Assembly: GCA_046759445.1 (NCBI GenBank)
Contig: JBHICG010000066.1
Location: forward strand, 1-18,693
Source: Candidatus Scalinduaceae bacterium
GTDB taxonomy: Bacteria > Planctomycetota > Brocadiia > Brocadiales > Scalinduaceae
DNA: 18,693 bases
Reading direction: 5' to 3'
Shown here piece by piece: positions 8,372 through 15,217 of this stretch; position 1 is the stretch's first letter; every line of letters begins with the position of its first letter. A program made the translations under genes and the position numbers. The notes beneath the pieces were generated by a model. The model did no database searches and was not told the DNA's origin. It was given only the letters and a program-made list of their open reading frames with translations.

Positions 8372-8526
8372 AACCTAAATTGAGCGATTTTATATTATAT
8401 GCCGTTGTAGCCGCTGGCTTAAGGCAATCTTAAGATTGACCGCCTGCGTTTCTCATCATTTGATGGATCCTCGTAAGTCACGCAACCTCAAGGTTGCGGC
8501 TTAAATACAGATCTGATTATGTAAAA
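8351..8526. mobile_element. 130-bp REP-containing insert flanked by a 23-bp direct duplication of the luxR 3' end
   Basis: AATACAGATCTGATTATGTAAAA at 8351-8373 and 8504-8526. Inside are GTAGCCGC...GCGGCT, the hairpin CGCAACCT-CA-AGGTTGCG and the palindrome CAATCTTAAGATTG. Confidence 0.7.
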
Positions 8527-8672
8527 TCAAATGTTTTGAAAAATAGGAGAATAGATCTGCTACTAACCGGGCAAAACTCTCTGGCGGGCAAGTCTATTAG
8601 TTCAAAACATTTTTCCCCCGTTCAAAAAGTTTTTCCATTCTATGACAAATACTATCCTTATTAACAACAATA

Positions 8673-8688
8673 TACCTTTCATAAGGTA
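8673..8688. promoter_or_regulatory. NarL-type 7-2-7 inverted repeat, candidate operator
   Basis: TACCTTT-CA-TAAGGTA between luxR and the secreted protein gene. Confidence 0.35.
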
Positions 8689-9244
8689 AATTTCACCAAA
8701 AGAAGAGATTTGTTTGCTTTTTAGCCCAACCTCTAATGGTACATATCTTATTATTTTTCTATGGGTATAATGTCTCTATTAAATGTAACTAAAGATAACA
8801 AAAATGTCACTTTTGTATATCTTGTTTTTTCTCTAATATATGTTATTAGATAATTAAAAGAGAGTACTAAATGACAGTTTAGATACAAAACTATGATAGG
8901 GACAGGCTTCATGCCTGAATTATCAGCAAGACCTGCCCAATAACCAGATCAAACTGGTAATCACTTAGGCATGTAGCCCGCAAACACAATATTTGTCATA
9001 GAAGTATCATTTTCTATCTATAAATAAGATTACGTAGTAAAAGTTCACCACAGAAAGACACGGAATATCACTGAGAATGGTGAAACTATGTGATTGAGGA
9101 ATAAAAACCTGCAGACTATTTCTAGCCATTTACCAAAAATGCCAGAATTAGCAAATAAGGAAAGGAGGTGAAGATTACGATAAGCGTTTTAGTTTGAGGT
9201 AAAGTTTTTTAAACTTTTTTTATAAGTGGAAAGGAGGAAGTACG

Positions 9245-10195
9245 ATGAAGAAAGTATTCGTAATTATTTTGGCATTTGGATTGGCCATTTCTATGGTAAA
9301 TTTCACATCGTCAGCATATGCTGCTAAATGGTATGTGCCTGGAGATTTTGCGACAATTCAGAATGCTATTGACGATGCAAGTGTAAATGATGGTGACACA
9401 ATTATGGTAGGGCCAGGCCTCTTTGCGGGAGCACTAGTTGACAAGTCAGTAGAGATAAAAGGCGTGGGTGGAGCTACCATAAACGATGGACCTCCCCACA
9501 GCTCCGGACTTATCCAAGGATTCAGACTCTTAGCCGGTAGCGATGGCTGCACCATTAGTCACCTACGTTTTATAGAACCAGTTGTGTTAACGATCATGAA
9601 TGCTGCAGCTGTCGATGATGTGACTGTTACCCAAAATACGCTGATCAACCAAATACAGGGCATTTCGGACTGGGCAGGGAACCGTTGGGAAATCAGTCAC
9701 AACGAGATCATTGACTTGCACACGAGGTGTGGTGGTGGCATCGGCATCTTAGTCGGAACATTTTTTACCTCACAAGTAGCTAATGAAAACGTGGTTTCTC
9801 ACAATAAAATATACGGAACACTGGTAGTGCCTGCAGGTGATTGTGGTGGCTACAATGGTACTGGCATAGTGATTTTCAATGACCGCCGCTTCGGGTCATC
9901 AGGAGACTATATTCTAGATAACCGCGTGGTCAAGAACAACATCAGCCTGGTGGCTGACAACCAAGGCAGCATTAATAGTGTTGATGTGGTAGCCATCGAG
10001 CTAACCGATACAGGTGAGGTTGTCGGTGTTATTTCAGACAACGCAATTGGATTCAACGATCTACGTGGCACTGCAAATCAGATTGTTTTGACACCACCGG
10101 GTTTAGACAATCCTGTGAACGATATATCTAGAAATCTGGGAAATAATCGCGGGCATGGTCTACATCCTTCTTTGTTTGGTCCCGGCGGTAACTAA
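9245..10195 (+). CDS. secreted right-handed parallel beta-helix protein (pectin lyase-like / NosD-like fold)
   Basis: Signal peptide MKKVFVII...SAYA, the VPGDFATIQNAIDDA..GDTIMVGPG cap motif, and Asn/Gly/Ile-rich repeats (ISHNEI, VSHNKI, VVKNNI). RBS AAGGAGG. Confidence 0.8.
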   Translation: MKKVFVIILAFGLAISMVNFTSSAYAAKWYVPGDFATIQNAIDDASVNDGDTIMVGPGLFAGALVDKSVEIKGVGGATINDGPPHSSGLIQGFRLLAGSDGCTISHLRFIEPVVLTIMNAAAVDDVTVTQNTLINQIQGISDWAGNRWEISHNEIIDLHTRCGGGIGILVGTFFTSQVANENVVSHNKIYGTLVVPAGDCGGYNGTGIVIFNDRRFGSSGDYILDNRVVKNNISLVADNQGSINSVDVVAIELTDTGEVVGVISDNAIGFNDLRGTANQIVLTPPGLDNPVNDISRNLGNNRGHGLHPSLFGPGGN

Positions 10196-10241
10196 TTCAG
10201 TTAACATGTACATTAATGTTACAACAGCAAATATAATTCTG

Positions 10242-10278
10242 AAAAGAGGTGCGCTAATTACGTTGCGCACCTCTTTTT
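10242..10278 (+). terminator. intrinsic terminator of the beta-helix gene (potentially bidirectional)
   Basis: AAAAGAGGTGCGC-N10-GCGCACCTCTTTTT. Confidence 0.8.
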
Positions 10279-10516
10279 CATCTAATTTTTAACTAGACAC
10301 ATTATTATGAATCAGTAAAGGAGAGGAGGTGATGCACTAATATGGGAAAAAATGGAAAAAATGGGAAAAAATGGTGTCATGTCTTGAATAGTGAATAATA
10401 TACTGAAGATAAATAGCGACAGCGCCTATTTTAGCCCTTCATAAGGGAAAGCAGGATGGTGTATAAAAGACTATGAAATAAAAACGACAAAGGAGTAGAG
10501 ATAGTTAGATTGAAAG

Positions 10517-10552
10517 AAGGGGTAAGGGCCATTATGGTTCTTACCCCTTTTT
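10517..10552 (+). terminator. intrinsic terminator with no intact upstream gene
   Basis: AAGGGGTAAGGGCC-ATTAT-GGTTCTTACCCCTTTTT. G-U pairs favour the + strand. Confidence 0.6.
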
Positions 10553-10739
10553 AAACATCGAAAGTTTCATCCCTACTTAGAGATTTAACTCTTTTATGTT
10601 CTAAATCCTTCTTTCGCTCTAAAAGCTCTTTACCTTCTTTTGTTAAAAGTAGGTACAACGTTTCAATTTCTTGTTTATTCATGGAGTCGATCATTCTTTA
10701 AATTTTTTCTATAGGTATATTAATTTTTGTTTCCGGCAT
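10551..10739 (-). pseudogene. antitoxin-like small gene with internal stop; partner toxin missing
   Basis: RBS AGGAGA, then MPETKINIPIEKI*RMIDSMNKQEIETLYLLLTKEGKELLERKKDLEHKRVKSLSRDETFDV*. The internal TAA is at 10698-10700. An overlapping ATG gives only MFKKG*. Confidence 0.55.
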
Positions 10740-11093
10740 ATAATTTCTCCTATCATTTTTAAATTGATAAAGATTCATTCATTGCGTGTAGATATCACCT
10801 TATGGTGTAATAAGAATAAATATCATACTACGTCGTGTAAAGGTTGTTATTCTAAATTTACTTTATCATCTTACTCAAAGAGGATGTTGCCGTCAAAACG
10901 TTTTTTAAGCAGAATTGGACAAACCATCAATAAAGGGTTAGGGTCGGAAATGGCTCTGTCCTTTTTTATTGCCAGATTCATGTTTGTGACCTGAAGAAAT
11001 GGCAGCCATGGAAAAATGAGGGCATACCTCTCCCCTGAGAGGTCATTGATAATAAAACTCCAACGTTTGTTCTTGAGAAGGGGTCGCACCTTG

Positions 11094-11372
11094 TCGCGCC
11101 AAGGAAAGCTTGGCACATCTTGCGGGGTGAAAGTACCTGTCGGGTAAGGGCTAGCTACTCACCCGCATCGAGTCTTGCATCCATTGCGGACAAATAAATG
11201 GGCGAAGCGTAGACAGAGTATTCTGTAGGCCGTAGGGGTAATTGCGTACCCTGAAGTGCTGGTACAGCTTCGAGATAACCTAACAAGCGGATGCCGAGGG
11301 GTTCAAGGTTTACCGAAGGCAACACAAGAACATCCGAAATAGTGAGGATGTGACGATCCGCCGGAGTCTTCG
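11094..11372 (+). mobile_element. group II intron 5' fragment (domain I only; no RT ORF, no domains V/VI)
   Basis: Domain I-like motifs CGCGCCAAGGAAAGCTTGGCAC, GGGGTGAAAGT, GGGTAAGGGCTAG, GAAGCGTAGACAG...GTAGGCCG, GCGGATGCCGA...GAAGGCAACA and TCCGCCGGAGTCT. The loop CAAGGT (11304-11309) is complementary to the upstream ACCTTG (11088-11093). Confidence 0.8.
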
Positions 11373-11485
11373 GATAAATTATTGAGTTAGTACAACAGCG
11401 ACTATTAAAAGTGACTAAAGTTGTTTCATTTAAAATTGAAGATTGTGTATTTTAGGTGGCAGAAGGCAGTTAATAGCATGAATGA

Positions 11486-11896
11486 TCAAATGAGATTTAA
11501 ACATTTTTCAGCAGTCAAAATTTTAAATGGTAAATCAAGATGGCAGGCTAAAAAGTGCCTGTTTTCGGTGACTAGGACATCCGCTCCGACCCATTCGGTG
11601 TACGCAGCTATAAATGCATCTGCAGTTTTGAAGCCTTTTTCTTCATATTTAAATGCTATTTCAAAGGGAACTATAATATCTTCATCAATTGAGGTTAAAG
11701 CAATTATAAATTTGTTAAATTCAAGGAAGGTTTCGGAAGATAAGTTTCTTTTTACCTCTTCAAATATTGTGCGAGGAATACGAATGTTGTGCAGATATGA
11801 TTCATCTAATAACTTCTGCAGGAAGTCGAACGCTCTGTATTTATTTAACGGACCAAAGGCGAATATGTACTCATTAGAGTCAATGACGAATTGCAA
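11486..11896 (-). CDS. PIN domain (VapC-like) toxin
   Basis: FVIDSNEYI, IFEEV, KTADAFIAA and LVTENRHF acidic PIN motifs. The TTG start overlaps the end of the upstream antitoxin. Confidence 0.82.
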   Translation of the reverse strand: MQFVIDSNEYIFAFGPLNKYRAFDFLQKLLDESYLHNIRIPRTIFEEVKRNLSSETFLEFNKFIIALTSIDEDIIVPFEIAFKYEEKGFKTADAFIAAYTEWVGADVLVTENRHFLACHLDLPFKILTAEKCLNLI

Positions 11897-12041
11897 TCTT
11901 CTCTTTCCAGATTTTCTCTCTTGTTTCTCGCAAGGTTTTTATAACATCTTTCTTATTCTTCTTGAAAATGGAGGAAGGTTTTTTTGCAACTTTTTCTCTT
12001 ATCTTTGTCAGATGCTCTTTAGCCTTTTTCGGATTTTTCAT
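11880..12041 (-). CDS. small basic putative antitoxin of the PIN toxin (not in ORF track)
   Basis: RBS AGGAGA, then 53 aa MKNPKKAKEHLTKIREKVAKKPSSIFKKNKKDVIKTLRETREKIWKEKIAIRH*, overlapping the PIN start. TTGACA-N17-TACAGT lies upstream (12062-12090). Confidence 0.7.
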   Translation of the reverse strand: MKNPKKAKEHLTKIREKVAKKPSSIFKKNKKDVIKTLRETREKIWKEKIAIRH

Positions 12042-12153
12042 TACTTATCTCCTAAAAAATCACTGTACTATAAAATAAATCCTATGTCAATGCAAAGATA
12101 TTATTAAATGTGTAGGTAATTAGGTAATTAGGGCCTATTTTAAAACAACTATC

Positions 12154-12276
12154 TTAGTTCTCCACCCTTTCCCTTATCATAAAGTATTTTTCAACCGGTC
12201 TTTCAGGAACAACAAATATCCTTTGGCCGGGATTTGCCTCCTTAATGGGTTCCATCTCCTGATTGAACATTTCTTT
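12154..12276 (-). pseudogene. duplicated, diverged 3' end of the U32 peptidase gene
   Basis: 12164-12276 aligns without gaps to 13380-13492 with 14 differences in 113 nt. It reads KEMFNQEMEPIKEANPGQRIFVVPERPVEKYFMIRERVEN*. Confidence 0.92.
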
Positions 12277-12391
12277 GAGAAATCATAGTTCATTAAATTT
12301 TTCTAGGGTTTAGAATAGAATAGCACATTAAAAACTGCTAACAATGTCTTTTTTTAGTCAGGGAAAAGAGTCCGTATCATTTCATAATGTT

Positions 12392-12673
12392 CTACTTATA
12401 AATATTGCCTCTGAAGTCTATATCGTTTATTAATGCTTTCAAAATCCTATCTTTTTTCAAAGAAAATATAATTCTTATTTCACCTTTTTTGATCCTGAAA
12501 TAACCTTTTAGTTTCCCCTTTAATCTCCTTAAATCAATATTTGTTTTCTCGATCTTAAATATCTCTTTTATTGCTGAAATAATTAATGTATCAACTTCTT
12601 TTTCTGTTATTGTCTTTGAATTCTTTTCTAAGAACTTGTTAGCCTTTTTTGAATATCCAATTTCAAGATTCAT
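12392..12673 (-). CDS. RelE/ParE family toxin
   Basis: 93 aa basic protein with YSKKANKFL, LKGKLKGYFRIKKGEIRIIF and IDFRGNIYK. ATGA overlap with the upstream gene. Confidence 0.85.
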   Translation of the reverse strand: MNLEIGYSKKANKFLEKNSKTITEKEVDTLIISAIKEIFKIEKTNIDLRRLKGKLKGYFRIKKGEIRIIFSLKKDRILKALINDIDFRGNIYK

Positions 12674-12882
12674 AATTTAACAAGTTTTGAATGTGACACC
12701 ACATGACAATTCTTATCTGATAATTTTTTTTCTATATCTTTTTGTTCTTCTTTTTCCACAAAGTCAATATGGGAATCATCATATATTTCTTTTATTTTTA
12801 TTTTATTTTTAGGTAGTATCTCCAAAAACCCTTTAAACCTATCAAATATAGAATCATCCACTTCTAATTTTAATATTTTCAT
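12670..12882 (-). CDS. putative antitoxin of the RelE-like toxin
   Basis: 70 aa with RBS AGGAGA, translationally coupled upstream of the toxin. Confidence 0.7.
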   Translation of the reverse strand: MKILKLEVDDSIFDRFKGFLEILPKNKIKIKEIYDDSHIDFVEKEEQKDIEKKLSDKNCHVVSHSKLVKL

Positions 12883-12980
12883 TATTTTCTCCTGGTTAAC
12901 TTAAATATAATTTTAGAAAAAACGGAAAGGCTATTATTTTTTGGGTTTTCTATGTATTCTCAACAAAGGGAAATTTCCAT

Positions 12981-13190
12981 TTATTGATTTTCAATAAGTT
13001 CAGAGAGTGACTCCCTTTTAGTAACCCGACCCTTTTTATGGTCTTCTTCCGAAAGGTCAAGGTACTTGAGAAATTCATTGCGATAGAGGCCGGCAGCGTC
13101 ACAGAAGGATTCAAAGGTTTCTTTGCTTATTTCAAGGTGAATACTCTTGGGAGTTTCTTTCGAAATAGTGGCTTTTAGCTTTGGTTTCAT
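12981..13190 (-). CDS. orphan antitoxin-like small protein
   Basis: 69 aa with a C-terminus (EFLKYLDLSEEDHKKGRVTKRESLSELI) typical of RelE-associated antitoxins. The adjacent ATG gives only MEISLC*. Confidence 0.6.
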   Translation of the reverse strand: MKPKLKATISKETPKSIHLEISKETFESFCDAAGLYRNEFLKYLDLSEEDHKKGRVTKRESLSELIENQ

Positions 13191-13369
13191 AAAATCGCCT
13201 TTTATTAAAATCTTAATGTATTAACTGAAAAACAAAGAAAGAAAATTTATCCTGGATTGATGTCAAACTTCTTATTCGTATTAACTTTTAATGTAAATCC
13301 TGTTTTTTGTCAAGTCGTATTTGCATAGAAAATAAATGTGTTAAAAACAACAGATATGGTTTTGTATTT

Positions 13370-14620
13370 TTAGCCTTGTACCCTTTCCCTAATCATAAAG
13401 TATTTCTCAACCGGTCTTTCAGGAACAACAAATACCCTCTGGCCAGGATTTGCTTTTTTGATTGGCTCCATTTCCTGATTGTACATCTCTTTAACATTTT
13501 GAATAAAGTCCTGCTCCAGCCTCTTCCCCATCACTTCAATATCGTCGCCCACTTCAAACTTGTTCTTGACTATCACTTCCGCAAGCTTCTTTTCTTTTGG
13601 CCTGTCAATCAAACCAACAAATTTATAGTCCTGAGTATATCCACTTTCTTCACCCACCCTCTGTCCGTTATCACCCGGATTACCAAGGAAGAATCCCGTG
13701 TTGTACTCCCTATTGCTGATCTTTCTCAATTCCTCCAACCACTTATCATGGTATTCATAGTCGCCATTTTTAAAGAAGGTATCAATCGCCTCGCGGTATA
13801 TCCTTGTCACGGCAGCAACATAATATTGGCTCTTCATCCTACCTTCAATCTTCCAGGCGCTTACACCCGTAGATATCAATTCCGGTATATGTTGAATCAT
13901 ACACAAATCTCTAGAACTCATGATTGACGTAAACTCACCATCTTCAAAGACTTTAAAAAATTCATCGGGACGTTTTTCTTCCACGATAGAATATTTCCAT
14001 CGACACGATTGTGCACAGTCTCCAAGATTTGCGCCACGACCTGCCATATACGAGCTCAGATAACACCTTCCAGAATAGGAAATACACATGGCGCCATGAA
14101 CAAACACCTCGGTCTCACAAGCACTATCTGAGCTTATTAAGGATATCTCATCCAGTGATAGTTCTCTTGCGAGCACTATCCTCTTAATGCCTTGTTTATG
14201 CCAAAAGTTGGCAGATTTATAATTTGTACAATTAGCCTGTGTACTAAGGTGAATGGGCATCTCCGGCATAATATCTTTAACAATCGTCAATACCCCAGGA
14301 TCAGATACAATCATGGCATCTACAGGATAATTTGCTAATTCCTTTAGATATTGCTCTATTTTAGGAATGTGATAGTTATGAGCAAAAATATTAAGGGTTA
14401 TGTAAATTTTCTTATCTCTCGTATGTACATAATCGGTTGCCGCCTCAATATCCTTTAAGGTTAGATTTGATGCAGCGTTCCTTAAATTAAATTCATTGCC
14501 ACCTGCATATACGGCATCAGCCCCATACTCTATAGCCGTCTTTAATTTATTCATATCCCCGGCAGGTGCAATTAATTCAGGTTTTTTTTGTTTTAGTTGA
14601 GACACCTTTACATTACTCAT
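13370..14620 (-). CDS. U32 family peptidase-like Fe-S protein (TrhP/YegQ-like tRNA hydroxylation protein)
   Basis: PELIAPAG, GADAVYAG, HLSTQAN, LAREL, HGAMCISYSGRCYLS...CAQSCRW and KIEGRMK motifs. Start is ATG 14620; the track's extension to 14659 runs through a repeat. Confidence 0.9.
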   Translation of the reverse strand: MSNVKVSQLKQKKPELIAPAGDMNKLKTAIEYGADAVYAGGNEFNLRNAASNLTLKDIEAATDYVHTRDKKIYITLNIFAHNYHIPKIEQYLKELANYPVDAMIVSDPGVLTIVKDIMPEMPIHLSTQANCTNYKSANFWHKQGIKRIVLARELSLDEISLISSDSACETEVFVHGAMCISYSGRCYLSSYMAGRGANLGDCAQSCRWKYSIVEEKRPDEFFKVFEDGEFTSIMSSRDLCMIQHIPELISTGVSAWKIEGRMKSQYYVAAVTRIYREAIDTFFKNGDYEYHDKWLEELRKISNREYNTGFFLGNPGDNGQRVGEESGYTQDYKFVGLIDRPKEKKLAEVIVKNKFEVGDDIEVMGKRLEQDFIQNVKEMYNQEMEPIKKANPGQRVFVVPERPVEKYFMIRERVQG

Positions 14621-14634
14621 TTGTAGCCTAGATT

Positions 14635-14680
14635 GTTCACCACAAAGACGCAAACACACAAAGAATTCGCTGTGGTAAAC
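14635..14680. repeat. short TTCACCAC-type REP-like element
   Basis: GTTCACCACA / TGTGGTAAAC inverted ends. GTTCACCACA also occurs at 9043-9052. Confidence 0.5.
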
Positions 14681-14725
14681 TTCCCTTATTTCTTATATAT
14701 AAATTTTATTTTGCGAAGGCAAACG

Positions 14726-14763
14726 GCAATTCTGATCAGAGAATCAGAATTGCTTAAGCAATT
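14726..14763. repeat. overlapping inverted repeats between ruvX and the U32 gene
   Basis: GCAATTCTGAT-N6-ATCAGAATTGC (14726-14753) and the perfect palindrome AATTGCTTAAGCAATT (14748-14763). Confidence 0.55.
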
Positions 14764-14794
14764 TTTCTTTGAAAAATTGACATAATGCTATAAA

Positions 14795-15217
14795 TTAGTG
14801 ATCTAAGGGAGCTAATTTATCCAGATAACTCTGTAGGATTAGTTGGGCAGAAATCATATCAACCTTTGCCTGTTTTTTCTTTCTGGACATTTTAGTTCCT
14901 GACATGGCCTTGTGTGCTCTTACTGTCGTCAATCGTTCATCTACAGTATAGACGGTAAGATTAAGATTTGATTTAAGTACCTCAACAAATTCAAGAACCT
15001 CCTCTGCCTTTTTTCCTAAAGTGTCATTCATGTTTTTTGGAAGGCCAACGACTATTTTATTAACATTATTTTCTCTTATTATATCTGCCAACTCCTTCAA
15101 ATAATCTTGTGTATTTACACGATTGATCGTCGGAAGTCCTTGAGCCGTAAAGCCCATAGGATCACTAATGGCCAATCCAATCCTCTTTTCACCATAATCG
15201 ATACCTAATGTCCTCAT
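14795..15217 (-). CDS. ruvX: Holliday junction resolvase-like / pre-16S rRNA nuclease RuvX (YqgF)
   Basis: LGIDYGEKRIGLAISDP, VVGLP, DERLTT and VDMISAQLILQSYL motifs. Confidence 0.95.
   Translation of the reverse strand: MRTLGIDYGEKRIGLAISDPMGFTAQGLPTINRVNTQDYLKELADIIRENNVNKIVVGLPKNMNDTLGKKAEEVLEFVEVLKSNLNLTVYTVDERLTTVRAHKAMSGTKMSRKKKQAKVDMISAQLILQSYLDKLAPLDH

Noticed and set aside
8920..8940. Cobalamin riboswitch call from AGACCTGCC
   Set aside because: The upstream conserved core (GGGAA...GCCCCCGCAACTGT-like) is absent. Kept only as an unassigned structured RNA candidate.
10671..11116. ORFs 10671-10994 (+) and 10871-11116 (-)
   Set aside because: No motifs or RBS, and they cross the antitoxin pseudogene and the intron boundary. 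10870-11090 may be a gene relic, but I cannot assign it.
11395..11406. ACAGCGACTATT as a further landmark copy of ACAGCGCCTATT
   Set aside because: Only an 11/12 match with no flanking similarity, too short to distinguish from chance.
11421..12107. 228-aa + strand ORF
   Set aside because: Antisense shadow of the PIN toxin and its antitoxin.
5250..13370. Integron, CRISPR array or prophage interpretation of the accessory region
   Set aside because: No integrase, no attC-like RYYYAAC/GTTRRRY pairs at regular cassette ends, no equally spaced repeats and no phage genes.
13307..13927. 206-aa + strand ORF
   Set aside because: Antisense shadow of the U32 gene.
14715..14760. c-di-GMP-I riboswitch suggested by GGCAAAC
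   Set aside because: No GAAA tetraloop stem followed by GACGCAAA, wrong orientation for the neighbouring genes, and better explained as inverted repeats.
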